Source: Naegleria gruberi
Taxonomy: Eukaryota
NCBI GenBank assembly: GCA_000004985.1
Contig: GG738934.1
Direction: 5' to 3' (one strand)
DNA: 64,000 nucleotides
Shown: positions 44,770 to 55,632 of the stretch, one piece after another
Layout: the number at the start of each line of letters is the position of its first letter
Numbering within the stretch: position 1 is the first letter of the stretch
Program-made: the position numbers and the translations under genes
The notes under the pieces: generated by a model
Seen by the model: only the letters and a program-made list of their open reading frames with translations
Told to the model about the DNA's origin: nothing
Databases searched by the model: none

Positions 44770-45297
44770 TTATTTCAAACTAATTGAGGCAACCACAGAG
44801 TTTGAATTACAGCACTCAGCTCCACACTCCTCATGACAATACGGAGTTGCAGAGGCAGTTGTAGCTTGCAATTGAGATTGGAAATTAATGGCCACTACAC
44901 GATAATTAGTTTGGTTTCCATCCTTTTCAATATAACACAATGGATACATGGAAGGAACCAATGTTGAAACAGTGGCATGATCTCCAACCCATGAATCATC
45001 CAAAACTTTACAATTTCCACAAAAACTATTTCTCAAAATCTTGTAACTTCCAATTCTAAATTCATTACAATCAGTATAGGCTCTCTTCTCAGTCCTACTC
45101 AAATAATAAGTATTTGTCGTATTATTAATATAGGGAAAGGTCAATTGAATAATTTTTCCACTAAATCCGTCCATGTCTCCATAATGATTAAAGATGAACT
45201 TATCTCCCAACACTAAAACAACAACATTCAGACACAAAACAATCATCACAGTAAACAGGTTGAGATGAATTTTGTGGGTACTTCTTTGTGGAGACAT
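44770..45297 (-). CDS. small secreted Cys-rich protein (175 aa)
   Basis: ATG at 45297..45295. Signal/anchor FTVMIVLCLNVVVLVLG. About 10 Cys including a C-terminal CHEECGAECC cluster. Confidence 0.45.
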   Translation of the reverse strand: MSPQRSTHKIHLNLFTVMIVLCLNVVVLVLGDKFIFNHYGDMDGFSGKIIQLTFPYINNTTNTYYLSRTEKRAYTDCNEFRIGSYKILRNSFCGNCKVLDDSWVGDHATVSTLVPSMYPLCYIEKDGNQTNYRVVAINFQSQLQATTASATPYCHEECGAECCNSNSVVASISLK

Positions 45298-45587
45298 TTT
45301 TTTGAGGAGTTTTTAAAGATTTTGGTTGGTGGAAGATCAAGAGAAACGGAGCTTGTGAGGAAGTTAAGGAGTGTTACTGGATTGGTAACAGTTCAATGGT
45401 GAATTATTAAATTATTGAATGTGAAATTTTTGCAGGATGAGAAAAATTATTGTGGAATGGAAAGTAATGTATCATTGGTGTGGAAAGAACGAGATTTTGA
45501 AAAGAATGAAAAATAAACAATATACCTTGTTGAACTGGTGATAAAAACCTGTCAAACATCAACGAATGACAAGAAGATTAAAAAAAA

Positions 45588-48374
45588 ATGACAATTCAAG
45601 CACCTCCTCTTCCTCCCAACAAACCAACAACCTACAATAATAATCAAACAACAACACCATCAACAACACCAACTCCATCTTTAACACCATCAACACCAAC
45701 AAATAATACACCACCTCCACCACCTCGTCCAAAATTAGCAAATTTATTTTCACGATTGGCAACTGACAATAATTTTACATTTCATCATCTTCATCTGACA
45801 AGAGACGATTTGCAACTTGCTGAACATTTAAAAAAATTGAATTTATCATCAATTCAACATATTTTGCAATTTTATGATTTTTCTGTTCATCGATTTGTTG
45901 TCTTGCCAGTAACTTGTCACTTGCCAATTAATCAATTAATTGGACATCCAGTGTATAAGCATCATTCTCTTTCACATTTAGCTGCTGGTATTGAACCTTT
46001 CCAAAATGGTGGACAATTGTTAGATCACTATTTAGTATATCCAAATAAGCAAATTCCTGATCCACTTCTGTCATGTGCCAAAAAGAATGAACAAGGATTG
46101 TTTACTATTGAATCTATTTATCAAGCTGAGAGTTCAAGAGAGAAAGGTCAATTTGAATACCTTTTTGAAAAATCAAACAATGATAATACTTGTCATCTCA
46201 TGTCCACAAAACAAATTCATCAAAAATTGGTCAATTTGATTAATATTGATTGTCCTTTTGATTATCAAATGAGATTATCAAAAGAACAAGGAATTGTTAA
46301 TAGATTGAATATTTATGGAAAAGCTCTGAAAGCTACTTTGGATGCCATTCAATCTAGAAAACCAGCAAATAACTCTAAACCAAGTACTCCAACAAGTGGT
46401 GCAAGTAACAGTACCAGCTCATTGGGAAGAAGTGGATCATTGAGTGGTAATTTGGGTGTCTTTGTTCAATCCAAATCTAGTTCAAATTTGAAGGAGAGTC
46501 GAATGGATAGTCCAAGAACTCCAACGACTCAACCTGCATCTCCATCGGTTCTTCTTCCAACTGGTGGACCTAAAGATGCCGAATATTATGATGAATATTA
46601 TGCCATGACTCAAAAGATGAGAGATTCAGATTTCCTTTCGGATTTGGATATTAATTCATTTGAAGAGGTGGAGCAATTCTTTAACATTTTGAAAAAGCAA
46701 ATTTTCACAATGGCTCTTGTTAAGAGTTTGTATGGAGCCAAGAAGAGAGTTGCCAATAGTGGTGCAGTTCCAACTCAATCCACCTTGAAGAACGATAAAA
46801 AGTCATCCAATAATGAATCTGAGAGAGAGGTTGGATTGTTATTCTCCTCACTTTCATTCTCTACCACTTCACATACTCTGGAACAACATTTGGTCAATGA
46901 CTTGTTGAAGAATATTCCACACTTGGCTTCAATTTCGAGAGGAACAACTGGATCAGTTTCTGAACAACTTGCCCGTGAATCATTCTTTATGAATGTTGAA
47001 TATTTCAATGGATGTTCCATTGATCACAAATTACTTCCAGTTTCAATTAGAGAAGGTAAATTCTCAGGCGATTTGAAATGGAAGAAGGTTGACTATTTCG
47101 ATAACTTTAACAATGAAACATGCAACCTCTTAGCCACAAAATGCAAAGGTCTCACTAGCTTGAACGTTTCAGGAACTGTATTTTTAGACACCAAGGTTGT
47201 TAAGGATTTAAACCTTTCTCAAATTGCCCCTTCTAGAATTTTCAATGAAATTGGACTTGGCACACTTGCATATGGTTGCCAATCATTGAGCTCAATCGAA
47301 ATTAGAATGGGCAAATGGGATCCCAAGGGAACCAATCAACTCTTACAAGTATTACCACGCTTGACCAAGTTGAACGTTCCTGGTGTGAATATGGATGAAT
47401 CCACTTTCCAGGCAATCTCCGACAATAGAACTTTGAAACATTTGACTATCAATAATTGTGAAGCTTGCAATGATCAAAATTTGAAATATCTCTACAATCA
47501 TCCAACCATTGCTCAATTGGTCATTCAAAATTGTACAGGGGTTCAAAATGGAATTTTAGGATTAGTTGAAGCCAACTCACCATCTTTGGTTCATTTGGAA
47601 TTGGTCAATTTGCACAATTTAACTGATGGCTATTTGGATGTTTCCAAGAATAGTCACATCAAGACTTTGAAAGTCAATCATTGCAGAACTTTGACTACTC
47701 AAAATATTCTCTCCTTGTCCAAATCTCAAAGTGCCATTACCAATTTAATGATCAGAGGTACAACCGATAGCATTGTCCTCTCACCAATTGGAAACCTAGC
47801 CAATCAATTGCAAATTCTCGATTTATCCAAAACTTCATTCCCTTACACTCAAATCTTGAAATCTGAAGGACCAGTAACTGCATTCCAACCTGTTTACTAT
47901 CCAGTAACTCCTGTTGCCTCTGAAGATTACAAACAAATCATTCAATCATGCAGACAATTAAGAGTTCTCATTCTCGATTGCAATCACAATGTCAATGATA
48001 ATATTATTTACCTCCTCTCAGATCAAACTCATCCACATTTGGAAAGATTATCTTTGGAAAAGACTAGTGTTACTCAAAAAGGTATCAACCACATCTATTC
48101 ACACTTTTCATCTCAATCTTCTAATTTAACTGCTTTGAATTTGAGAACTAGAACTTCAGGTGAATTGAACATGATTGACAATTTACCAAATATTCCAAAA
48201 TTGAAAGAAGTTCATTTAGGATTGATTCGTACACATTCCATATCCATGCACTATGTGAAAAAATTGTCATTATGTAAGGCATTGGATACTGTTTATGTGG
48301 AATTTGATTCTCTTGAAGCTAAGCATAAACTTGTGGAAAATAACAAGTTGAAGAATATTCACTTTGAAATTTAA
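45588..48374 (+). CDS. leucine-rich repeat protein (cysteine-containing, FBXL/AMN1-type LRRs) with a Thr/Pro-rich N-terminus
   Basis: ATG at 45588 after an A9 leader. The 928-aa ORF has a PT-rich N-terminus (TPSTTPTPSLTPSTPTNNTPPPPPRPK). Its C-terminal half holds repeated LxxLxLxxCxxITD-like units (LKHLTINNCEACNDQNL, LHNLTDGYLDVSKNSHIKTLKVNHCRTLT...). Confidence 0.65.
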   Translation: MTIQAPPLPPNKPTTYNNNQTTTPSTTPTPSLTPSTPTNNTPPPPPRPKLANLFSRLATDNNFTFHHLHLTRDDLQLAEHLKKLNLSSIQHILQFYDFSVHRFVVLPVTCHLPINQLIGHPVYKHHSLSHLAAGIEPFQNGGQLLDHYLVYPNKQIPDPLLSCAKKNEQGLFTIESIYQAESSREKGQFEYLFEKSNNDNTCHLMSTKQIHQKLVNLINIDCPFDYQMRLSKEQGIVNRLNIYGKALKATLDAIQSRKPANNSKPSTPTSGASNSTSSLGRSGSLSGNLGVFVQSKSSSNLKESRMDSPRTPTTQPASPSVLLPTGGPKDAEYYDEYYAMTQKMRDSDFLSDLDINSFEEVEQFFNILKKQIFTMALVKSLYGAKKRVANSGAVPTQSTLKNDKKSSNNESEREVGLLFSSLSFSTTSHTLEQHLVNDLLKNIPHLASISRGTTGSVSEQLARESFFMNVEYFNGCSIDHKLLPVSIREGKFSGDLKWKKVDYFDNFNNETCNLLATKCKGLTSLNVSGTVFLDTKVVKDLNLSQIAPSRIFNEIGLGTLAYGCQSLSSIEIRMGKWDPKGTNQLLQVLPRLTKLNVPGVNMDESTFQAISDNRTLKHLTINNCEACNDQNLKYLYNHPTIAQLVIQNCTGVQNGILGLVEANSPSLVHLELVNLHNLTDGYLDVSKNSHIKTLKVNHCRTLTTQNILSLSKSQSAITNLMIRGTTDSIVLSPIGNLANQLQILDLSKTSFPYTQILKSEGPVTAFQPVYYPVTPVASEDYKQIIQSCRQLRVLILDCNHNVNDNIIYLLSDQTHPHLERLSLEKTSVTQKGINHIYSHFSSQSSNLTALNLRTRTSGELNMIDNLPNIPKLKEVHLGLIRTHSISMHYVKKLSLCKALDTVYVEFDSLEAKHKLVENNKLKNIHFEI

Positions 48375-48549
48375 ATGTAATTTTATATAATAAACTCAAG
48401 TTTCGTAAACTGCAAAGTGAAACGAAACATGATAACTTGTTTATTTATTTGAGAAATATTCCATGAAAAACTTATTAAATTCCTTGTAATCCATTTCCAT
48501 CACTCCATGGCTCGATCAAATTCCTTAAATGTATGTTGGTATAGCTTGT

Positions 48550-49662
48550 TCATTTCTTTCGAATATTACTTTCTAACATTTCCTTAAGTCTATTTGCATC
48601 TTTTGAAGAGTGAACTGTATCTTTAAGACACATGACTTGAACTACATGACAATAACTGCTCAATTGTTCCAATAACTCATTGTGTCTCTCCGTGAGCTCT
48701 TCATTATCATTTTCCTGCTTCATGGCTATGGTCATGTCCATCAGACAATCCACACTATTCTTCAAATCAGTTGGAAGCAAATATCCAAACACTTCTTCAT
48801 CCGTTGGATTTCTGTTATATGCCTTTTTTAGCATCCATTTGTTTGAGCTCTTTCCAACGAATAGTTTCAACATTCCTTTGGACACAGATTGGATTATTGA
48901 ATAATTTAACAAATTTGGTAAAGTTTGGACATAGTACATTCCTGACACGAATACCAGATTAGTAATTTTGAAAAATCGTTCGAATTTTGACGAATCTTTG
49001 GAGAGATAATGTAAGGAAAAGCGTGTCCACTCTGGATCCTCCTGGTTGACCAACCAAATCAATTCTGGTGAATAGACACAGCTCATTGAATGAGACATGA
49101 TAAAGCATGAAATTTCACAATCTTGTTTCGAATAAGTTTCCAACTCCAGTAGTGTCCTTCTCATAACCTGCAAACCCCAAAAAGCTCTATTCCATCTTGT
49201 GTGTTTCAATCCAATTTCCCTTGAACTGTATCCAAATCCAGGTAAATCTATGGCCACAACCAAATCAAATTTGGAAATTAATTCCTCCGCATTCATCCTC
49301 CAAGAAAAAGTATTCCCGCCAAAACCATGCAGTAAATACAAGACTTTGGCTGTTGAATTATTTGAATTTTTCCACATCCGATAATGAATCACAACTTGTT
49401 TGACCTTATCTTCAATAAATTTCGTGGACAAATTCAATTCAGAATCAACGATCATGAAATGACTATTCAGGTAAGGTTTTGGCCATGATTGTGAGTCGAA
49501 ATTCTCAGAATTTTCTTTGATTAATAATTGTTCTAATAATTTCCAATCCGATGTTGCCATCACCTCCATCGTGTGTCCATTTATCTCATCAGGAAATAAA
49601 CAAGATGAGTCGTGGGAGCTGTTTTCAACTTGTTGCATTTTTTTTAAAGTTTGTTTTCGCAT
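48550..49662 (-). CDS. alpha/beta-hydrolase fold protein, paralog 1 of a tandem pair
   Basis: The ORF-table start 49689 is TTG; the first ATG is ~49662 (MRKQTLKKMQQVEN). Has an HG motif LLHGFGGNTFSWR, a nucleophile-elbow-like IMSHSMSCVY and a C-terminal His region. About 45% identical to the adjacent gene. Confidence 0.65.
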   Translation of the reverse strand: MRKQTLKKMQQVENSSHDSSCLFPDEINGHTMEVMATSDWKLLEQLLIKENSENFDSQSWPKPYLNSHFMIVDSELNLSTKFIEDKVKQVVIHYRMWKNSNNSTAKVLYLLHGFGGNTFSWRMNAEELISKFDLVVAIDLPGFGYSSREIGLKHTRWNRAFWGLQVMRRTLLELETYSKQDCEISCFIMSHSMSCVYSPELIWLVNQEDPEWTRFSLHYLSKDSSKFERFFKITNLVFVSGMYYVQTLPNLLNYSIIQSVSKGMLKLFVGKSSNKWMLKKAYNRNPTDEEVFGYLLPTDLKNSVDCLMDMTIAMKQENDNEELTERHNELLEQLSSYCHVVQVMCLKDTVHSSKDANRLKEMLESNIRKK

Positions 49663-49852
49663 GAATTGCGGACTTGACGTAAATTTCAATACTTGAAGTT
49701 TTTAATAATTAAAATAATTAAAGAACTGCGAATCTTCAATTGGAATATTTCAATCTTTCAAGTTCTTTAATATTTATCAGTTTAAATGTTAAATATTAAT
49801 ATCATTTTTGTAAAATATTGTAATGTATTGTATTTATTGAATTTTGAAATTA

Positions 49853-51022
49853 TTATTGCAATTCATTGGAGATGAAATTGTTAAAATCATCGATTTCTGT
49901 TTCCATCAAGCAATGACTTGCATTTTCAAATAATTTGTAAACAAATTTTCCATTTTTAGAACTTTCTTGACTTTCCAAAATTGTCTTGAATTTCAAAGCT
50001 TCTTCCATTGAGTGAACATTATCCAATTTTGCAACTATTTGAGTCACTCTACACCATTTAGTCAACTGATTCAAAATTTCCAAATGTTTCTCCATTGAAA
50101 ATTGTTCATCATCTGCTTTAAATGAAATTAAAATGTCAACAAAACAGTCAATTGAGTTTTGAATGCCAATAGGAATGGTATAGCTCAATAACTCTTCATT
50201 TGTTGGATTTCTATTGAAAGAACTCTTTAGAATGAAACTCATGGCTGTTTTTCCCATAATCATTCGAAGTGTCATTCTAGTTATAGATTGGACAACTGAA
50301 TAGCTCAACATTTCTGACAGATTTGATTGGAAATAAGTTCCTGAAGCCATTATTAGATGGTCAATTTGAAAAAATCGTTTAGAATTAGAATCAGTTAAAT
50401 AATTTTCAAAGTTTGTCCATTCCTTCTGATTGACCATCCAAATTAGGCATGGACAAAACAAGCAACTCATGGAGTGCGAGAAAATTGTCCACAAAATTTG
50501 AGTTTCGGCCACAAGAATTGATTTGGAAATTTGATTCATGAGTTGAATGCACCAAAATGCTCGATTCCATCTAGAATGTGAAAGTCCGATGGTTCTGGAG
50601 CTAAAACCAAATCCAGGCAAATCCATGGCCACAACCATTTCGTATTTCTCCAAGAGTGAATCGATGCAATGTCTCCATCCTGCAGTACTTGAGCCAACTC
50701 CATGGACAAGCAACACCACACGTGGATTCGTCTCTGTATTTCTATCTGATTTCCATATTCTATAGTGAAGAATAATCTTTTTCAAAGAGGAAGTCGAAAC
50801 CATTCCATTCACATAATCCAAATCAGAATCGACCCATAAAAACCTGCTGTTACTAAATGGTTTCACATAATTTTCCTCTTCCACCACTTCTGCATTGTAC
50901 GGAGTGATGAGTTGTTTGTTTAATTGTTGCCATTCGGTTGTGTTTTTGGCTTCCTCTTCATATCCGTGAATAAAGAGCGATTCCATTGTCTTGTTGTTTT
51001 TTTCTATTGTGAAAACATGCAT
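49853..51022 (-). CDS. alpha/beta-hydrolase fold protein, paralog 2 of the tandem pair
   Basis: ATG at 51022..51020 (MHVFTIEKNN). Same architecture as paralog 1: LLVHGVGSSTAGWR, IFSHSMSCLFCP, KLDNVHSMEEA. Confidence 0.65.
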   Translation of the reverse strand: MHVFTIEKNNKTMESLFIHGYEEEAKNTTEWQQLNKQLITPYNAEVVEEENYVKPFSNSRFLWVDSDLDYVNGMVSTSSLKKIILHYRIWKSDRNTETNPRVVLLVHGVGSSTAGWRHCIDSLLEKYEMVVAMDLPGFGFSSRTIGLSHSRWNRAFWCIQLMNQISKSILVAETQILWTIFSHSMSCLFCPCLIWMVNQKEWTNFENYLTDSNSKRFFQIDHLIMASGTYFQSNLSEMLSYSVVQSITRMTLRMIMGKTAMSFILKSSFNRNPTNEELLSYTIPIGIQNSIDCFVDILISFKADDEQFSMEKHLEILNQLTKWCRVTQIVAKLDNVHSMEEALKFKTILESQESSKNGKFVYKLFENASHCLMETEIDDFNNFISNELQ

Positions 51023-51372
51023 TTCTAGTTGACAGATTCGATATTTTCACACACTGGAAAGATCTCGAGAGTTTTATGGTAAGATAAATCATCTATGTCT
51101 GCATTAGAATATTTATCACACAATAATTTATTTTGTTTCTGCTCCAGCACGGTAAAAGACGTCCAGTAGACACTTTCATCCTAGTCTACACTTGATTTGT
51201 AATTTATCGTTCAGAGTTTTCAAGATAATACTCTATCAATATGAGGAAAATTAAACTCTTGAATATTGAGTATTATTATCCAGTTATTTCAATACCATTG
51301 TTGAAGCAGAAAACAAAATGTTCAGAGACAACAGAAACTTTCTGTTGCGATCTGCTTGTTCCAGTCAAGGAA

Positions 51373-54030
51373 TTACTTTTTAACTTTCATTCTTTCCTTG
51401 GCCTTCATCTTGGTCAACTTTTTAACCATTTCAAAGTGTCTGGTTCTGGCTTCTCCTTTGATTTCAGAGGATAAGTTTTCAAATCCATCACGCTTAGAAA
51501 TTTCTTCAAAGTTTTGGCTGATACATTTGATGCAGTTGTTCTTGAGAGCCAAGTCATTGTAAACATCGACCAAGAAGGATAATTCCAAAACATTATCAAC
51601 AGTAATATGTTGGATGACAATAGTTCTACAATAGTTGGCCAACTCGTTCAATTGGAAGAGAAGTGAACAGATGAATACTTCTACAGCATGTTCAATAGAA
51701 ACAATAATCTCATTAGTGTACAAATATTTGAGGACACTCAAGAGACCATTAAGACTGATTTCATCAAACTTGATAACACCTGTGGTTGTTTCTTCCATTC
51801 CAGAGCTGAAAACTGTTGAGATGTAATTGGATCTACAGATGAATAATTTGTGAGCTCTCAATTCATTAAGCAACTCTCCAGTATGTGGATCTAATAATTG
51901 AATGGTAACATCTGCATAATTATTCTCAGCACATGGCTCTCTGATAAAATTGTCCATAGTATCTTCAATATTTTGATACAATGCAGAGCAATCGTGCTTG
52001 AGTTGGTTCAAAACAGCAGTAGAGCTATCCAAGTAGAGTCTCTTTTGGTCGCAAACGGAGAGAATAATTCCATAACGATCAATATCCAACTTGGAAATGT
52101 TCAATAATTCTTGCAAACATTCAGTATTGACAGTATCAGGAATAATAATATCACCAGTATACAAGAATCTAATGAAAATATTCATGGTATCCAAGTGATA
52201 GTCATTGAGTTCAAAGATAGACTTTCCATCAACCATATCTACATCATTGAGACCGACCAACAAGTCCTTGAAATAGGTAGATCTGGATGAAACCAAACAC
52301 TTGTGGACATAGATGTATTCAGTTTCACCACTGGTTCTTTCAGCAACTTTCAAAATAAGGTCATATCCACTGAGATCACCATTAGCTTGTTTTTCAAATT
52401 CATTCTTAAGATAAATGTAAGAACTATTTTCCACACCAATATCAGAACATTCCTTGAGGACAACAACTTCTTTGCAATAACTTCTCTTGGCATAATCTGT
52501 CATACCTCCAATCATGTACAATTGACCTTGATCGTAGAGTGTAGTATGATCAGCTCTTGGTAATTGCAAGTCTCTTGGAGTAGTAATTCCATTTCCGTAC
52601 AAGACATACTCTGATGGACCTCCTGGATTGATGACTGCAAATTCATTATTCTTTACATCAAATCTGTAAATGACATCACTGATAGTATTGCCACGCAAAA
52701 TACCACCAGTAAGGTAAATGTATTGGTCAATGCAATTACAAAGGGAGTGATTTCTCATTGGTGGTGGAATAAAGGTCAAGTCAATTTCATTCCATTTCTT
52801 ACTGACAATGTCATATCTGTGAAGATCATTCAACAAGTTGTCCTTTTGGGTATAATTACCACCAAAGATGAAAATAGAATTACCAACAGTACACTGAGCA
52901 TGATTTTCTCTTGGTAAAGGGATGGCCTTTGGATTGGCAATATTTGCCAAATCTCTAGTCATGCTGAATTCAATAACTCCATTTTGAACTTTACTCCAGA
53001 AGGTTCTTCTCACCATATTATATTCAACAAATTGATTTGTTAAAACTCCATTAACATCACGGCCACCAAAAGACCAGAACTTAGGTTCATTATTGGATTT
53101 CGAAAGAGAATGACCTGTTGTTTCTCTAACTGCCTTGGTTATTGTTTCAACTGAGACATTCATCCAAACAGGAATTGGTGGATTACTCTTATCAATCTTA
53201 TTGGCAGGTGTTGGTTTAATCAATTCCAAGTAATTCTTCAAAGCCATACAAGTATGCTTGAAATCATACCAAATCAAATATTCTCCCAAAATAAGGATGA
53301 TGTGGCCTTCTATTGCAGGAGGGAATAACATATCGGTAAGGTTTTGTTTTCTATAATAATTAAACATATTTTCCTTCATGTCAACCCACTTTTTCTCCTT
53401 CACTTCATAACAAACTAATTGTGAATAAATTCTTCCTGATTTACCACCTCCTGATAAAAAGACAAGACTGCCATGAGCAGATCCAGCCATCTTACCAAGG
53501 GAAAGATCAACACTTTGTTTGATAACTTTTTGTTCAAATACTTTGAATTTTCTTCGTTGTTGAGCATCTTCATCGTCGGAATTGTCTACTGCAACACTAT
53601 TAGTCACTTCAAAACGAGAGGTATCAACTTTATCGTAGTGCAATTTGTGGCTTTCAATATCCTTCATAGTAAACTTCATCTGATTCAATTTTCTATTCTC
53701 CAATTTACTATAAACAGAGTCCCAATTCACGTTTTCCTTGCTCTTCTTTTCTTCAACTTGTACAATGATAATTCTATTGGCATCATCTTGTTCCTTCTTC
53801 TTCTTATTCTTTGGAACAATTCTCTTCTGTTCACCAGTAGAAACCATCGAGTGTGATTTAAAGTGATCAACCAAATCATCCACTCCGTCCACTTCATCTT
53901 CTTCTTCATCAGACTCTTCTCTGCCATATAATTTTAAACGTTGTTCCTCGATGGACCATTCATTCTCTTCTTCATTATACTCGTCATCATCATCCGAACA
54001 ATAATCAAGTTCTGCCAAGTATCTGCTCAT
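51373..54030 (-). CDS. Kelch-repeat plus double BTB/POZ protein (LZTR1-like architecture) with an acidic N-terminus
   Basis: ATG at 54030..54028. 885 aa. The acidic N-terminus is followed by Kelch-like blades (GSAHGSLVFLSGGG..., HAQCTVGNSIFIFGG, LTGGILRGNT..., HTTLYDQGQLYMIGG) and then two BTB domains (DLILKVA...YVHKCLVSSRSTYFKDLL; DVTIQLLDPHTGELLNELRAHKLFICRSNYISTVF). Confidence 0.8.
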   Translation of the reverse strand: MSRYLAELDYCSDDDDEYNEEENEWSIEEQRLKLYGREESDEEEDEVDGVDDLVDHFKSHSMVSTGEQKRIVPKNKKKKEQDDANRIIIVQVEEKKSKENVNWDSVYSKLENRKLNQMKFTMKDIESHKLHYDKVDTSRFEVTNSVAVDNSDDEDAQQRRKFKVFEQKVIKQSVDLSLGKMAGSAHGSLVFLSGGGKSGRIYSQLVCYEVKEKKWVDMKENMFNYYRKQNLTDMLFPPAIEGHIILILGEYLIWYDFKHTCMALKNYLELIKPTPANKIDKSNPPIPVWMNVSVETITKAVRETTGHSLSKSNNEPKFWSFGGRDVNGVLTNQFVEYNMVRRTFWSKVQNGVIEFSMTRDLANIANPKAIPLPRENHAQCTVGNSIFIFGGNYTQKDNLLNDLHRYDIVSKKWNEIDLTFIPPPMRNHSLCNCIDQYIYLTGGILRGNTISDVIYRFDVKNNEFAVINPGGPSEYVLYGNGITTPRDLQLPRADHTTLYDQGQLYMIGGMTDYAKRSYCKEVVVLKECSDIGVENSSYIYLKNEFEKQANGDLSGYDLILKVAERTSGETEYIYVHKCLVSSRSTYFKDLLVGLNDVDMVDGKSIFELNDYHLDTMNIFIRFLYTGDIIIPDTVNTECLQELLNISKLDIDRYGIILSVCDQKRLYLDSSTAVLNQLKHDCSALYQNIEDTMDNFIREPCAENNYADVTIQLLDPHTGELLNELRAHKLFICRSNYISTVFSSGMEETTTGVIKFDEISLNGLLSVLKYLYTNEIIVSIEHAVEVFICSLLFQLNELANYCRTIVIQHITVDNVLELSFLVDVYNDLALKNNCIKCISQNFEEISKRDGFENLSSEIKGEARTRHFEMVKKLTKMKAKERMKVKK

Positions 54031-54204
54031 TTTGATGATGAACTTTTTTTTTAATTCTAAAAATACAATTTGTGATTATGAAAATAAGAGAAGAACATTT
54101 GGCAAAGGTGTGAAAATGAAGTTTTGAAATTGAAGTCTCTTGAAGAACATTGTAAATCAATGTTTACAAAGAGAACTATTTAGAACTCTGCGTGTGAAAT
54201 GTTA

Positions 54205-55593
54205 TTAAGGTTGTTGGGATGGAAAGTGGAATGCAATATCATGGAAATGAGAGTCGAATAATCTTGAATGAAGAAATGTGTAGCAAGTTGAATAATACTT
54301 GTCATTTGTGATATCTGTCACAATTCCATATCCAATGACTCGATTTAGGAAGAGGGTAATTCTACTCATTTCTGGAACATCATCAAACTTTTCTAAGGTA
54401 AATGCTGGTTCGTTATCTTTGAACTTAAATGTTGCATAGATATATTGTTGATTGTGTAATGGTTTGGATTTTGAAATTAACTCAACATGTGCCTTAAATC
54501 CAAAAAAGAAAACCATTAGTTCCTTGATAAAATGATTAAACTTCATGTTACAAACTGGTCCACTTAATTTTACAGTAAAGTAGGATGTGCATGGTTTGCA
54601 GATTGTTTCTGAACGATTGAAAAAGGTCATTGGACCATAGTAGTCGTCATAATTTATCAGTGCCCAACCTCTGAATAAATTACAGGCCAATAACTCACCA
54701 GCGACTGATACTGTGAGACTGTCATAGAAAGACATTAGAGATTGCCCTTGAGATGTACATTGAAATGTTTTTCGAAGCGTAGATTGACAAATCTCAAACT
54801 CTTCGGTATTCCTAACCATTCCAGAAATTACCTTTCCAGCACAAATTCTTCCTAGACCATACATACTATAAGTATCAAAATGTATCATTCGAAAAGGAGC
54901 AGTATGGTCATATGGATATGGTTTCAATTCTCTTAAACACGAAAGAAAGGTATCATACTGTTCAAATGGACTTCCGAAAGGACGAACAATGTTTTTTTCA
55001 TTCATTAAAGACATTGGAATAATTTTCAATGTTGTCTTTCTGAAAGTTTGCATTTGTTTGAATGATTTTTCAATATAAATTCGCACAAAATCAAATAATT
55101 CCAAAGAGTTATCAACAAGGTCCATCTTGTTAATGACAATAATTAAATCTTTCACAACTGAAGAAGTGGAAAATATTCCCAATAACATTTTTCCAATAAT
55201 TTCATCTGCCACTTGTTGCCTATTAGATACCATAAATTTTGAAATGTCTATCATGAATACAACTCCATCACAAAAGGATACACCTTTTATCCAACCTCTG
55301 CATACTGCTCCTCTTGTTGGTATCATATCAAATAAATTAAATATTAGATTTTCATTCCAATAAACATGTACTGTTGGTGATAATCTGTAAAAAGGATCAT
55401 AATTATGAGTAGTGGAAGAAGTTATTTCTGTTATAGCCTTTGCAGAAAGATGACTCAGACTGATATCATTGATAGTGATAGATTTGGGATCGGAAATATA
55501 TTTTCCGAACAACATTCTCCTAACTAGTGACGTTTTACCACTTGCGTGATCACCAACAAATCCGAGAGTGTACTGTGGTTTTCGTCCATCCAT
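54205..55593 (-). CDS. divergent translation-factor-type (EF-Tu/eEF1A superfamily) GTPase-like protein with a degenerate G3 motif
   Basis: ATG at 55593..55591 (MDGRKPQYTLGFVGDHASGKTSL). G1 is GDHASGKTSL (cf. GHVDHGKST), G2 is SITI, G4 is NKMD, and C-terminal beta-barrel-like domains follow. The G3 region reads FDMIPTRG instead of DxxGH. Confidence 0.65.
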   Translation of the reverse strand: MDGRKPQYTLGFVGDHASGKTSLVRRMLFGKYISDPKSITINDISLSHLSAKAITEITSSTTHNYDPFYRLSPTVHVYWNENLIFNLFDMIPTRGAVCRGWIKGVSFCDGVVFMIDISKFMVSNRQQVADEIIGKMLLGIFSTSSVVKDLIIVINKMDLVDNSLELFDFVRIYIEKSFKQMQTFRKTTLKIIPMSLMNEKNIVRPFGSPFEQYDTFLSCLRELKPYPYDHTAPFRMIHFDTYSMYGLGRICAGKVISGMVRNTEEFEICQSTLRKTFQCTSQGQSLMSFYDSLTVSVAGELLACNLFRGWALINYDDYYGPMTFFNRSETICKPCTSYFTVKLSGPVCNMKFNHFIKELMVFFFGFKAHVELISKSKPLHNQQYIYATFKFKDNEPAFTLEKFDDVPEMSRITLFLNRVIGYGIVTDITNDKYYSTCYTFLHSRLFDSHFHDIAFHFPSQQP

Positions 55594-55632
55594 TTTTTTA
55601 TCTTCTAAAATACAGGTAATGAACTTTGTGGT

